Source: a virus
Lineage: Duplodnaviria; Caudoviricetes
Reading direction: 5' to 3' (one strand)
Virus record (IMG/VR): IMGVR_UViG_3300027793_000063
Coordinates: 32,001-96,000 of that record
DNA length: 64,000 nucleotides
The position numbers were made by a program, and so were the translations under genes. The notes beneath the pieces were generated by a model that saw only the letters and a list, made by a program, of their open reading frames with translations, was not told the origin of the DNA and ran no database searches. This document shows positions 9,001-19,152 of this stretch, piece after piece. Position 1 is the first letter of the stretch, and each line of letters opens with the position of its first letter.

Positions 9001-10100
9001 TTCGAGTCCTCCTCGGCCGGGTGCAGATCCACGGTGATGTGGCCCTGGTCGTCGCACACGTATGCCGTGCGTCCGTCGTCGTGCCGATACCAGTGTTCGG
9101 TGCCCACGCCGGTCGAGGGGCCGTCAGTCGGCGTCCACTCATCCGAGTTGGTGCCCGTTTCCGTGCACAACTTCCGCATGTGCGCAGGCAGACTCTCGTA
9201 GTCGCCCTGCGCGTCGTCGGCCTCCTCGTCGCCGATGAACACGACGCGCAGCTCGGCGACGCGGCGGCCCCAATCTTTGTCTCCCACATACCTTGCGGTC
9301 ACTGGATAGACCCCATCCCCGAATCCAGTGCGGGTGACCACGCCCGCTCCCGCATGCCCCTTCGTGTAGTTCAACTGCCCTCCATGGAGCTTGTGATCGT
9401 CGGTCGCAGCGCAAGCTCCAGAGTAGGAGAACTCGCCCGGGTTTTTGCGGATTGCTGGTATCGCGTAAACGACGCGTTCCTCGGCCATCTGGTTCATCGT
9501 CTTGCCGTATTTCTCAACCACGGCAGCGTATGAATCGAACCCGATTGCGTCCTTCTGCGGAGCGGCCCCGTGCAACGTGCAATACAGGATGGTGCCGTCC
9601 TTGTGCCGGTAAGCCGGCGCTACCATTCTCGTTTCCGCATCTGCTTTCTTCCACTCGTCCTCGATGTAGCACGGGTCACATAGCATGAGCTGCCCGGAGT
9701 CCACGCCGACCACGCCGACCTCCATCCACTCATCGTCCTTGGGTGGCGTGTCGATGATCATCTCGTTGTCGCACTCCTCGCTGTTGACGAACTCGATGAA
9801 GCTCAGCGGCGTCCAGCCTTCGCTCTCGATTCGTTCCAGGTTGTCGTTGACATACTTGGTGTATGCCTGGGTGGCCGTCATGCGCGCCGGCACGACACGC
9901 ACGGACAGATTGTCCGTGACCCACTCCAGCGTCTGGCTTACGCCATTCGCGTCCAGGTAATGTCCCTGACCGCAGTGACGATGTAGGAACCTTGCAGCCG
10001 CGCAGACCAGTTCGTCCAGCGTGGGATACGGATACGGGAATAGCGGACGGTTGTCAGGTCCGATGAGTAGGTAGCCCTCCGGCTTAGGTTGTTTGCTCAT
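8997..10100 (-). CDS. DUF4241-like domain protein
   Basis: GVVGVDSGQLMLCDP...TGFGDGVYPV pattern. Confidence 0.6.
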   Translation of the reverse strand: MSKQPKPEGYLLIGPDNRPLFPYPYPTLDELVCAAARFLHRHCGQGHYLDANGVSQTLEWVTDNLSVRVVPARMTATQAYTKYVNDNLERIESEGWTPLSFIEFVNSEECDNEMIIDTPPKDDEWMEVGVVGVDSGQLMLCDPCYIEDEWKKADAETRMVAPAYRHKDGTILYCTLHGAAPQKDAIGFDSYAAVVEKYGKTMNQMAEERVVYAIPAIRKNPGEFSYSGACAATDDHKLHGGQLNYTKGHAGAGVVTRTGFGDGVYPVTARYVGDKDWGRRVAELRVVFIGDEEADDAQGDYESLPAHMRKLCTETGTNSDEWTPTDGPSTGVGTEHWYRHDDGRTAYVCDDQGHITVDLHPAEEDSK

Positions 10101-10101
10101 G

Positions 10102-10644
10102 CTATTTGTGGTGTTTTGTGAATTGTTCCAGCGCGAAGCGCGGATGGAAGATGCCTTCCAGTTTTCCTGTGTTGCGGTTGATGGCGCGACGGATGCCGTT
10201 CACGTCGTGGACGAACTCCTCGTCGGATGCATCCCGCAGTTCCGCCAGCTTTAGCTGGCAGCCGTTGGCGTGGCAGGCGGTGATGTCCATATCCCACTGC
10301 AAGACGCTGGCGACCGGCAGCAGTCCCATGTCACCAAGTGTTTGCGCACGCTTCGCGATGCTGTTGATGAGGCTGTCCTCGTAGCGACTGACCGTCAGGT
10401 TCAGCTTTTCGTCTGTCACTTCTGTATGCTCGCGGACTTCCTGGCGTCTCACTACTTCGGGTTCGTATCGCACCCCCTCCTCGCTGTATTGCGTGTAATC
10501 AGTGTTGGCCGCCTCGGTAAGGGCTGACTCTATTGCAACTTCCTCTGCGCGCTCTGGGTCCGTGTAATAACTTGCGATTTCAAGAGGAAACGTCGCACGA
10601 CGATAGGAGTGTCTGGTGACTTCAATATCAAACTGTATGCTCAT
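10102..10644 (-). CDS. hypothetical protein
   Basis: Start refined to MSIQFDI; C-terminal MDITACH...FVHDVNGIRR...F.PRFA looks like a conserved domain. Confidence 0.65.
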   Translation of the reverse strand: MSIQFDIEVTRHSYRRATFPLEIASYYTDPERAEEVAIESALTEAANTDYTQYSEEGVRYEPEVVRRQEVREHTEVTDEKLNLTVSRYEDSLINSIAKRAQTLGDMGLLPVASVLQWDMDITACHANGCQLKLAELRDASDEEFVHDVNGIRRAINRNTGKLEGIFHPRFALEQFTKHHK

Positions 10645-10646
10645 GA

Positions 10647-11687
10647 TTATGTTTCGGCGAGTAGTGTCCCCAGGGCTGGATACGACACGAAGAACCGCGG
10701 CACCGGTGTGTGCTCGTCCTTCAGCTTGTGCTCGCGTATCAGCTCCGCGGCGCGCTGACCTCCCAGCTTCCCCCACTCGAGCGCACCATCCCCGTTCAGG
10801 ACGACCCCCGCCGTGTGGGGATAATACCGGTGCCCGCTTTTGACCATGTAGACGCCACTCACATAAGGCCCGTGCGGCGCGGCCAGTTGCAGGAGCTTTG
10901 AGCCGAAGACGATCTCCGCAGGCAGGCAGCCATACACGCCGATCATGATGGAGTCCGGGTGCGTCCTCAGCCCGATGTTGCGGGCCCGAGCCAGGTAGTC
11001 CCGGACGTCGTCGAAGCCATTCTTGATCCCTGGTGCACCCAGTGTCATCAGCGGTAGCGACAGGAACCCGCGACCTTTGGCGTCGCGCAGCAGGTCGAAC
11101 TTCTTGTCCTCGTCACGCTCACGCTTGGCGGTGATGTCCCACTTCCCTTTTCGGTCGTAGGACACACTAACCCACGTCGGGTGATCGGCGGCCTCGATGG
11201 CCATGAACAGCAGATTCGCGCGGGCATGTCCCCAGGTGGCTACGGTCATCGGATGTCCGCCGCCTTCGTATTCTTTGCCTGCCGCCTTCATCGCCTTCTT
11301 CCTGGCACGAGTCCACACAGCCTCCTCCGCGGCCTCTGCCGCCCAGATCTTCTCGTGCGCGGGAAGGTCGATGAGTTTAGCCAGCCGCTCAGCGTCGATG
11401 TAGTCGCCCACGTTGGACGGTATGTCGAAGCACTCGACCTTCCACTTCTTGCGGGCCTCGATCAGGATGTCGACGTAGCGGTTGCATTCGTCATCCTCCA
11501 GCGCGCTCAGTTTGATCTGCCCTGTGCCCAGCGGCATGAAGTCGGGGGAGCCACGCTCCCCTTTCTCACGCTCGATTTTCTGGTCCGCTTCGTCCCATAA
11601 CCCGAGGGCTTTGGACTGTTTCTTTAACCAGGCGTCTGCCCGATGCCGCTTGTCGTCAGGCGCGCGGAATTTCAGGTATGTTCCCAT
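10647..11687 (-). CDS. hypothetical protein
   Basis: 346-aa ORF with typical codon usage. Confidence 0.7.
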   Translation of the reverse strand: MGTYLKFRAPDDKRHRADAWLKKQSKALGLWDEADQKIEREKGERGSPDFMPLGTGQIKLSALEDDECNRYVDILIEARKKWKVECFDIPSNVGDYIDAERLAKLIDLPAHEKIWAAEAAEEAVWTRARKKAMKAAGKEYEGGGHPMTVATWGHARANLLFMAIEAADHPTWVSVSYDRKGKWDITAKRERDEDKKFDLLRDAKGRGFLSLPLMTLGAPGIKNGFDDVRDYLARARNIGLRTHPDSIMIGVYGCLPAEIVFGSKLLQLAAPHGPYVSGVYMVKSGHRYYPHTAGVVLNGDGALEWGKLGGQRAAELIREHKLKDEHTPVPRFFVSYPALGTLLAET

Positions 11688-11705
11688 GTGTTTACGGTTT
11701 CAGTT

Positions 11706-12557
11706 TCACGCCATCAGCGACATCTTCCCGAGCGCCTCCTCCATGTTGAAGTCGCGCCCGTCGAAGTGCAGGTCGCGCTCGGCCGGCATCTTAAACCGGG
11801 GGCCGCGGATGGTCTCCAGTTCCTTGAGGCTCACCGTGCCATACTCGACGCATCCGAGGCCGAGGTCGCAGACAGCCCACAACGTGTCTCCGTCGTCCTC
11901 GATGCTGCACAGCAGCCACGTCGCCGAGCCCTCCGGCAGGAAGATCTTGTAGATCGGCTGCGGCTCCTTGCCGACGGCCGCACGCAGCTTCGCCTTCATC
12001 GCATCGGTCAGCAGCGACTTGCGCTCCGGTTCTTTCGGCGCCGCGCGCTCCATCTCCACGGGCTGCCCCAGTGCCGTCAGCAGCTTCTTCTTGAAGTCGT
12101 GGTCGGCAATCGCCCGTGTGTTCCTGACGCTGTCCTTCTTCTCGACGAGCAGCGTCAGGGTGTGACTCCACCCCAGCGTATGCAGCACCAAGTGCTTCTT
12201 GAGGTAGTCGATCAGCGCATCGGTGCCCTCCTCGTTGTAGTCGATGAAGCGTCCGCCCTTGCCGTCCATGACGAGCGACCGGAATCCGCCTTCGGCGCGC
12301 GCGTGGGACTCGAAGATGGGGCGCGACTCCTCGTGACCGCGCAGCACGATGGCGCCGGCCCTCAGGACTCCCTCCAGTCCGTAGATCTTGCGACCGCGCG
12401 GCTCGGAGTAGCACAGCTTCTCGCCTTGCGACGTCTCAAGCCAGCCTTTGGACACGATGGGTTTGCGGACGTCGCAGCCAAACATCCCACCGCCGACAAC
12501 CAGCAGGGTGAATTTGGACTTTGGCTTGGATAGGATTTCGAGTGCAGGATTTCTCAT
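11706..12557 (-). CDS. protein with C-terminal DUF2958-like domain
   Basis: KIFLPEGSATWLL...CDLGLGCVEYGTVSLKEL...ERDLHF. Confidence 0.7.
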   Translation of the reverse strand: MRNPALEILSKPKSKFTLLVVGGGMFGCDVRKPIVSKGWLETSQGEKLCYSEPRGRKIYGLEGVLRAGAIVLRGHEESRPIFESHARAEGGFRSLVMDGKGGRFIDYNEEGTDALIDYLKKHLVLHTLGWSHTLTLLVEKKDSVRNTRAIADHDFKKKLLTALGQPVEMERAAPKEPERKSLLTDAMKAKLRAAVGKEPQPIYKIFLPEGSATWLLCSIEDDGDTLWAVCDLGLGCVEYGTVSLKELETIRGPRFKMPAERDLHFDGRDFNMEEALGKMSLMA

Positions 12558-12832
12558 GGGATTTTGATGAATAGTGTTTTCTGGTATTCCTCGGTGCGTC
12601 GGAACGGGTCCGACAGGTCTCCTTCGTCTGACTGCACCAGGCACCGTTTGCCTTTGTAGGTGCAGAACACCGGATTGAAGTTGCCGATCTGCTCAGCGCG
12701 CAGCACGCACTTGATCGTCTCCACCTTCTCGTGGTGTCCGTAGTTGCCGGTGATGGCGCCCATGGATTCACTGCCGTAATCCGTCTGGCCGGGCAGGTAG
12801 CGTCGGACCTCGACGGTGTGTTTCTTCTTCAT
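12554..12832 (-). CDS. hypothetical protein
   Basis: ATGA overlaps on both sides. Confidence 0.6.
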   Translation of the reverse strand: MKKKHTVEVRRYLPGQTDYGSESMGAITGNYGHHEKVETIKCVLRAEQIGNFNPVFCTYKGKRCLVQSDEGDLSDPFRRTEEYQKTLFIKIP

Positions 12833-13440
12833 GTCAGATTGCTGACCCACACCAGCACCTCCTCGTTCCAGCCGTATTTTTCAGCCACCAGGATCTCCAG
12901 ATACCTCCAGATTTCTTCCGGGATACCGGGGCGGTCGGGAATCGACGGGTAGTCCGAACCTTCGCCTTGGCAGAAGGTGAAGAACACGTCCGAAAACGCG
13001 TTCGGCTCCTCGCCCTGGTGCCACGTCGCCGTGCCCTTGTGCGTGAGCCATCGGAAGAAGTCCGGATTCTCGAACCAGGCCGGCGCGTTGATGCGCAGCA
13101 GTTTCATGGAGCCGCTGTAGGAGTCGACCTTGAGCGCCTCGTCGTCGCACGACTTGTAGCGAGCCAGTCTGCGCGCGAGCGCCAGTAGAACCTGCGCGTC
13201 GCTTTCGAGGCCCGCAGAATCCGGTATCGTGTCAAACATCTGCAGACCAAACGCCGGCAGTAGATCGAATATATCCGTGAATGCCTGCGTCACGCACAGG
13301 TAGCGCGCGGCTCGCGCCTTGCCATCCATGGGCGACGCCAACGGCGACCTCTGTATGGCGTCCTCGATGATCGTCGACACCTCGGGCGACACCTGCGCCC
13401 ATATCTCGTCGAACTCCTGCGGAGTGAGTAGTGCGCTCAT
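12829..13440 (-). CDS. hypothetical protein
   Basis: 203-aa ORF fitting the gene tiling. Confidence 0.65.
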   Translation of the reverse strand: MSALLTPQEFDEIWAQVSPEVSTIIEDAIQRSPLASPMDGKARAARYLCVTQAFTDIFDLLPAFGLQMFDTIPDSAGLESDAQVLLALARRLARYKSCDDEALKVDSYSGSMKLLRINAPAWFENPDFFRWLTHKGTATWHQGEEPNAFSDVFFTFCQGEGSDYPSIPDRPGIPEEIWRYLEILVAEKYGWNEEVLVWVSNLT

Positions 13441-14201
13441 ACGAGTTCAAGCCATCCCGGCTCGGGTATCTGACCGCCCCACAGCCCGCCGATGACGGGA
13501 GAGAAGAGCGCGTCATTGCATATCCAATTGCCGTCCGCGTCCAGCCACTTGACCGCCGGTACGCCGTCGCCGTGGGTCATCGAACTGCCCGCGCATGTCA
13601 GGATACGTCCGACATCGAGGTGCTCGAAGTGTCCCTGGCTTGCGTATGGCGCTATCGGCTTCATGCCGCTGATGTAAGCGCCTTTCTTGATCACTCGGAA
13701 CTTCGCACCCTTGATGAACAGATCGCGGTAAGCTTGCAACTCCATTGGTTCAGCTTTTCGGTTGGTCTCGTCCTTCATCGCGCCGCACGCGAGGCGGGCG
13801 ATCAGTTCGCGGCTTACCGAGCTTCCAGGCCAGTCGGTGTCGTAGCGCTTCTGTACCGCCTGCAGGAAATCCTCCGGCCCGCTGAACTCAGGCGCGAAGT
13901 CGATGGCGTCCACGTAGCGCAGGTCGACCCGCGCTCCAGTGGTCCGCGGGTCGCGATCCGGCGGCGGAACAAACCCGGGCGGATCTCCGATGTTGAACTG
14001 GCTGCCAAACAGATGGTCGGTCTCCACCTCCACCCATTTGCCGGCGGCGAAGTCCATGACGGCGAACCAGCCCTGCATCGTCGGCTGCTGCCGGCTATGC
14101 GCGGCGAAGGACTTGTAGTCCGCGCCAGTCTTCAGCCCTTGCCCTTTCGCCATGCTTGCCGCGTAGCTGCCGTCAATGTCCTTGGTGATCTTAATTCGCA
14201 T
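13437..14201 (-). CDS. hypothetical protein
   Basis: Start refined to MRIKITK. Confidence 0.6.
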   Translation of the reverse strand: MRIKITKDIDGSYAASMAKGQGLKTGADYKSFAAHSRQQPTMQGWFAVMDFAAGKWVEVETDHLFGSQFNIGDPPGFVPPPDRDPRTTGARVDLRYVDAIDFAPEFSGPEDFLQAVQKRYDTDWPGSSVSRELIARLACGAMKDETNRKAEPMELQAYRDLFIKGAKFRVIKKGAYISGMKPIAPYASQGHFEHLDVGRILTCAGSSMTHGDGVPAVKWLDADGNWICNDALFSPVIGGLWGGQIPEPGWLELV

Positions 14202-14484
14202 TTGCAGCCTCGTGGATGTTACGACGCGCAGCCTCGGACAGTTTGGGCCAGGCGGCCGCAAGGTCCGAGTCGTATTCCCCGGACGTGACGACGGGCTCCT
14301 CGATAGTGCCGTCGCTGCCGTCACCGCCTAGCGGCTTGGCGTTTCCGGCCTTGTGTGCCTCCTCCAGGATAGCCCACAGTTCGCTGTAGGTGGCGTCCGT
14401 GAGTCCGGAGACGCACTCGGCGACTTCGTCGACGGAGAGATGTCGGAGTTTCCCGGGCGGTTGCGTGATGTCGATGTTGTTCAT
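14191..14484 (-). CDS. hypothetical protein
   Basis: 97 aa, AC-rich leader. Confidence 0.6.
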   Translation of the reverse strand: MNNIDITQPPGKLRHLSVDEVAECVSGLTDATYSELWAILEEAHKAGNAKPLGGDGSDGTIEEPVVTSGEYDSDLAAAWPKLSEAARRNIHEAANAN

Positions 14485-14493
14485 GCTTGTTGG

Positions 14494-14682
14494 TTAGTTG
14501 TGCGTAATGATGATGTTGCTCCCGTAGTGTTCGTAAGCTTTCGCTTTCGCCCTCTCCAGGTCGGTGTCCTGCAGGTTTGTCCAGATGACGCGGTTGCCGA
14601 CAAGCTCACCAATGAGGTAAGCGTTGCGGCGCGGATGATACTCGATATGGATATCCTTACGGGGTTTAGTTGTTGCGCTCAT
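14494..14682 (-). CDS. hypothetical protein
   Basis: Start refined to MSATTKP. Confidence 0.5.
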   Translation of the reverse strand: MSATTKPRKDIHIEYHPRRNAYLIGELVGNRVIWTNLQDTDLERAKAKAYEHYGSNIIITHN

Positions 14683-15104
14683 CCGCCGACCCCCTGAGCC
14701 TGCAGCCATTGCGAGGTGTTGAATGTCCGCACCTCCGTCGCCGTGATGTATGCCGCGCCGCCGCCGTAGGCATCCACGCGCGGGTTGGAGCAGTCGTATG
14801 ACCACTCGAACGAGACCGGCTCGGTCATGTCGAACTTCTGCATGAGATGCTGGATGAGCTTTATGATCTCGTCGATGCCCCCGCTGTCGCTGTGAATCCA
14901 GATATCGCTGCCTTCATCCTTCTCGACGTCGAAGTTCCAGTTTTCGTCCTCGGCGTCCTTCTCCCAGCCTTTGGGTATGTCCGTTTCCGGCTTGTCGCCG
15001 TTCGCGCAATCAGCCATCGCCTGCGCTAGTTCGACGGCATACTGGACAGCTTCCGCAGACGGAAGCGCCAGTTCCATGCTCACCTTTGTGTAATAATCAG
15101 CCAT
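14679..15104 (-). CDS. hypothetical protein
   Basis: 141 aa; MADYYT...EWSYDCSNPRVDAYGGGA looks like a conserved mobile-element family. Confidence 0.7.
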   Translation of the reverse strand: MADYYTKVSMELALPSAEAVQYAVELAQAMADCANGDKPETDIPKGWEKDAEDENWNFDVEKDEGSDIWIHSDSGGIDEIIKLIQHLMQKFDMTEPVSFEWSYDCSNPRVDAYGGGAAYITATEVRTFNTSQWLQAQGVGG

Positions 15105-15105
15105 T

Positions 15106-15852
15106 TTATGTTTCGCGCAAAAGCACGATTTGAAGTTGGGGTTGAACCTGGTACGACAATCCGGTGGACGAGTAGTAAACGCTGGCCATCAGCGGTCGCA
15201 TATCGACATCGAAATAATCCTTCGCGTAGTTCTGCACCCAGTGAGGAATGCCGCGCACCTTCAGATTGCTGGTATACTTGTCCTCGCCCCTGGCGTCGTA
15301 AAACGCCAACGGAAGGTCGTAGGACAGATCCGTCAATTCGTCCATGGTCTCCGGCCGTCCGCGACGCAATGAGACGGTCAGCAGCAGCATGCCGCCGACT
15401 GCCAGAAGTTCGTTGCGAAACATGGCGGCGAGGTCTTCCTTCTTCTCCTTGGACCAGGTTCCCATCCAGTCCAGGTAGATAACGTCATAAGGCCGGCGCC
15501 TGGTCGTCAGGTCCGCGAAGCTGCGGAAGTCAACCGGACCAGCGGTCATCTTGAAGTGTTGCGGCAGAGCCTCGCCGAACTTGGCGGTATTCTTGTAAAT
15601 CCTCGGATCCCGCTCGAGCCCGAGGAATTCCATCTTAACGTCCGGGAAGTCACTTGCCAGCGCCTGCTCCCACACCCATGTCTGCGCAGGGAAGGACAGT
15701 ATCCGCAGTCGCTTCTTCATTCGGCGATACTGTCGCATCAAATCAAACGCCATGGCCCGATACAGCATGGCGTCTGCCAATCGCTTGGAGGTGTTCAGTC
15801 CCCATGCTATACGGTTGGGGTCGACGGTCTCTTTCTGTAGCTTCGGCTTCAT
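15106..15852 (-). CDS. class I SAM-dependent methyltransferase-like fold protein
   Basis: RILSFPA (degenerate motif I), FLGLERDP (motif II), YDVIYLDWMG (motif IV), LLAVGGMLLLT. Confidence 0.5.
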   Translation of the reverse strand: MKPKLQKETVDPNRIAWGLNTSKRLADAMLYRAMAFDLMRQYRRMKKRLRILSFPAQTWVWEQALASDFPDVKMEFLGLERDPRIYKNTAKFGEALPQHFKMTAGPVDFRSFADLTTRRRPYDVIYLDWMGTWSKEKKEDLAAMFRNELLAVGGMLLLTVSLRRGRPETMDELTDLSYDLPLAFYDARGEDKYTSNLKVRGIPHWVQNYAKDYFDVDMRPLMASVYYSSTGLSYQVQPQLQIVLLRET

Positions 15853-16826
15853 GCGTTGGTTGGGTCGAGCAGATACACCTCGTAGTCGCCCTCGCGGATG
15901 CAGTCGTGCTGCTGCAGAGTCTCCCGCAAGGATGCCTCGGCCGTCGCCCGGTCCTCTGGCTCCGTCAGGATTGGTCCATACGTGTTCTCGATGGCGCACT
16001 GCACAGCGTGCTCCAGCGCCGCCTCTGCGGTCGGATGAACGCTGACCCATGGTCTCTGGCAGATGACCTCGCAGACGATGTGCTGCCCTGCGCCCTCGAA
16101 CCAGCCCTCCAGCAGCATGCGCCAGGCGGTCCGATCGGCGCGAATGAACGGCTTCAGCTGGCAGCCCAGTTTCTCGGTGAAGTATTCCAGCATGAACTTA
16201 GGCACAGACACTGCGCAGTCGGCGTGATGCTGATCCACTTTCCGCGGGTCAACGCCGGCTTTGTATGCCTCGCCCAGCATCTTGACATACTCCGTCATCA
16301 CGCCGCACCACTCGATCACGGAATGGATGCCGCACTGGGCGCCCAGTGCGTAATAGGAAGATGCCAGATCCCTCGCGCGCTGAAGCGCCTCCTCCGCTGA
16401 GGTAGGCGACACCCCGGAGTTGCTCCAGGCCGGCGCGCGAAACACGAACGGTTCCATCAGTCCGGTCGCCGCGCGCGGCGTGGCTGGCTCGGCGTGGTCC
16501 AAGTAGTTCCGCAGGCGCTCCTGCAGCCTGGCGAGATATTCCTCGCGCAGATCCAGCACGTTGGACAGACGTCCGCGCATGCCCAGATCCCGCAGCGCCA
16601 CGCTGGCAATCTCCATCAGCTCGTTCAGCTCCGTGTCCGTGAACGGCGGAATCTCCGGCAGTTTCTCCTGCGCGCAGTTCAGCCGCTCACACAGGTCTCC
16701 GATTTCGTCCTCCGTGGGCAGCGGCAGTCTGCCGCTGTCGGTGGCGATGTCGTCGACATCACGATGGTTGCCGACAGTCGACTGGTAGCTGCGCAAGGCT
16801 GCCAGGATGGTGTGGATGTGGTTCAC
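15849..16826 (-). CDS. hypothetical multidomain protein
   Basis: GTG start at 16826 overlaps the upstream TGA; the ORF-track extension to 17345 overlaps other genes. Confidence 0.6.
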   Translation of the reverse strand: MNHIHTILAALRSYQSTVGNHRDVDDIATDSGRLPLPTEDEIGDLCERLNCAQEKLPEIPPFTDTELNELMEIASVALRDLGMRGRLSNVLDLREEYLARLQERLRNYLDHAEPATPRAATGLMEPFVFRAPAWSNSGVSPTSAEEALQRARDLASSYYALGAQCGIHSVIEWCGVMTEYVKMLGEAYKAGVDPRKVDQHHADCAVSVPKFMLEYFTEKLGCQLKPFIRADRTAWRMLLEGWFEGAGQHIVCEVICQRPWVSVHPTAEAALEHAVQCAIENTYGPILTEPEDRATAEASLRETLQQHDCIREGDYEVYLLDPTNA

Positions 16827-17044
16827 TTGAACGAGATGGTGGTGCGGTTGCCGATTGTGCACATGTTGAACTCGCCCTTGGCTGCCCGTCTGCCAATGGT
16901 GTCGATCTGCTCCTGTGACCAGACGGTGTCCTCGGTGCCAATGAGTTTGCACACTTCCTGCACCTGCCGCAGATCCCTGGCCACGTAGGCCGGGTGGTGC
17001 GGCAGGTCGACTGACGATATTCTGATGATTTCGATGTTGCTCAT
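16823..17044 (-). CDS. hypothetical protein
   Basis: Start MSNIEII, ATGA overlap. Confidence 0.55.
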   Translation of the reverse strand: MSNIEIIRISSVDLPHHPAYVARDLRQVQEVCKLIGTEDTVWSQEQIDTIGRRAAKGEFNMCTIGNRTTISFK

Positions 17045-18198
17045 GAGTTGGTGAATGTTGTGTCGTCCTCGGCCGTGTAGATTTCCGCCCCGGTGTTGCC
17101 CAACGGCATCGCCTTCCAGTCCTTGTCCGACTCCTTCGGTGTCCGCCATTGGGACGGCATCTTGGGAATCGTCTGGATGATGGCGCCATCGAACTTCGGA
17201 TCGGGCTGCCAGTCGTTCCTGATGGCTTTCTCGGCCAGGGCCTTGATGCGCTTGGGCGGCTCACCCTCCTCCCACTGGATGTCGCCCCAGACGTTGGCGA
17301 CCACCCATTCATCATCGTCCGTGCGGACGCGATACCAGGAGGCATTATCTCGTTTCCAGTAGTAGGCGGTCTCCGCCTTCATGTGCTCGATGTCGCGGTC
17401 GAAGTCGGCCGTCCAGAACGGGAACAGGTGGGTGAACGGGCCGGAGCAGACCTCCGAGCCTTCGACGATCGAGCCGAACTTGATGCCGCAGCATTTCGCC
17501 GGGTCCAGTGTGGCGGTACCGCGCCCGAGGTCCTCGTAGTAGACCTCCCGGTAGTCGGCGCCTACATGCTCCGTGCTGGCCGGCTGCCGCAGATGAAGCG
17601 CGGTCCTCGTCTTCCGGACCAGCTCCAGCGTGCGTCCAGTGCGCTTCTGCTTGGCCTCGTCCGCCATGTAGGCGCGGACGAGCTCGCAGTAGTGCGCCCA
17701 GGTGCGCTCCTTGCGGTCCAGCCCGTCCTTGTCGAGCCCGAGGAACTGGACGAACTTCGGGTCCAGCTCGCCGGCGTTGACGAGCCTGGCGCGGTTCCGG
17801 ACGCAGCGCACGACCGCCACCTTGGAAGGATGCTCGATGTCCTGCGCCGGCGTCACCAGCTCCAGGAACTGAGCCCAGGGCCCGCAGTCGGTGTACTTGT
17901 AAAAAGCACGCGCCCACTGATACGGGCTGTCGCCGCAGCCGCGCCATTCCAGGAACTCAGCGAGGTTACGGATCAGTCGACCTTTCGTGCATGGCGGTTT
18001 GTTGAACCAGTCGAACTTGACGCACACGTTGTATGCGGCTCGCTCGACGGATTCTCCTTTCTCCGGCACGTAGATCTCCGACACATAATCCTCGCCTCGT
18101 TCCGCTCCGAATCGGAGCTGGAAGGCGCGGTCTCTTTTCGTTTCGCCGACGCGCTCGATGGAGCAGCCGGCAGGTAGTTTCAGTTGTTTCTTACTCAT
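17041..18198 (-). CDS. hypothetical protein
   Basis: Start refined to MSKKQLK after an AC-rich leader; YKYTDCG and GSIVEGS motifs. Confidence 0.7.
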   Translation of the reverse strand: MSKKQLKLPAGCSIERVGETKRDRAFQLRFGAERGEDYVSEIYVPEKGESVERAAYNVCVKFDWFNKPPCTKGRLIRNLAEFLEWRGCGDSPYQWARAFYKYTDCGPWAQFLELVTPAQDIEHPSKVAVVRCVRNRARLVNAGELDPKFVQFLGLDKDGLDRKERTWAHYCELVRAYMADEAKQKRTGRTLELVRKTRTALHLRQPASTEHVGADYREVYYEDLGRGTATLDPAKCCGIKFGSIVEGSEVCSGPFTHLFPFWTADFDRDIEHMKAETAYYWKRDNASWYRVRTDDDEWVVANVWGDIQWEEGEPPKRIKALAEKAIRNDWQPDPKFDGAIIQTIPKMPSQWRTPKESDKDWKAMPLGNTGAEIYTAEDDTTFTNS

Positions 18199-18346
18199 GT
18201 TTGGTTTGGGGTTGTGCCCCCGCCAAACGGTGAGTCCCCGGCATCTCGCCCGGGATGGACGTGCATAGCCCAAAGGCCGAATGTCCCTGATGTGCGGCAG
18301 GCCCAGGCCTGCGTGGTGTCAGCGCCCCGTCGCTGGGGCGAAAGAA

Positions 18347-18805
18347 TCAGCTACCGCATGGCGCATCCATGACCCAGAGGATTTCCTCCAGGCGAACGTC
18401 CACGCCGCGGTCGGCGGGATAGGGCAGACCAGGCACTTCGCGCAATTTGCGGTCGTCGTCGTCGCTGCCGTCAATGATGCCGCCCAACGTGAGCCACCCG
18501 TTACCGTGCCACGTCGCCTCTTGAAACCGGATTACCTCGCCCGATTTCAGCTTCAGCGCGTAATCGAAAGAGTCCGTGCACGCTTTGGCCAAGGCATGCG
18601 ACCCGAGATCCTTCTCAAGTTTGCGCAGCTCTTCTTCGTCACGCTTTCGCCTGGCTGCGTCATACGCGACCAGACGTGCCTCTTCTTCCCGCTTTGCTTC
18701 TTCTCCGTGTTCGCCGCGGAGCGCCTCCTCCGAGCGCTCTATAGCGCGGTCAATTTCGTCATCTTCGATTTCCTGGTCGGTGGGACCATTGTTGCTAACA
18801 CTCAT
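18347..18805 (-). CDS. hypothetical protein
   Basis: 152 aa, AC-rich leader. Confidence 0.65.
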   Translation of the reverse strand: MSVSNNGPTDQEIEDDEIDRAIERSEEALRGEHGEEAKREEEARLVAYDAARRKRDEEELRKLEKDLGSHALAKACTDSFDYALKLKSGEVIRFQEATWHGNGWLTLGGIIDGSDDDDRKLREVPGLPYPADRGVDVRLEEILWVMDAPCGS

Positions 18806-18885
18806 TTTTGGTTGTTGGGGTTGTTGTTGCGGTTATTCGGTGGTCCTCAGATTGGTGCATTAGATGGTGAGCCATCTACTCGATC

Positions 18886-19152
18886 TCATAGCTTCTCCGG
18901 GTCCGGCACGTAGCCGCATCCTTCCATGGCGCCGTCGATGCCCTTGGCGCGCAGTGCCTTCTTGATGCCGCCCTCCTTCGCTGAGCACTCCAGGCAGATG
19001 GTGTCATTGTTGAACCACGACATGATGCGTGCGATCAGTTCGTTTGGACACCGAGCGCACTTGTTCGCGGCGAAGAACGGGTCCGGCGTCGTGCTGCTGG
19101 GCAGTCGCGGCGCGCGGTCAGATCTGAATTGTTGACCTGCTGTTAAGCGCAT
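18886..19152 (-). CDS. small zinc-binding hypothetical protein
   Basis: CARC...RIMSWFNNDTICLEC. Confidence 0.6.
   Translation of the reverse strand: MRLTAGQQFRSDRAPRLPSSTTPDPFFAANKCARCPNELIARIMSWFNNDTICLECSAKEGGIKKALRAKGIDGAMEGCGYVPDPEKL

Noticed and set aside
18225-18335. Hammerhead or HDV-like ribozyme (CTGATG...CGAAA; CTCGC...CGAATG)
   Set aside because: The core consensus is incomplete (CUGAUGU, not CUGANGA) and the helix order does not fit the HDV pseudoknot. Kept only as a generic structured-RNA candidate.
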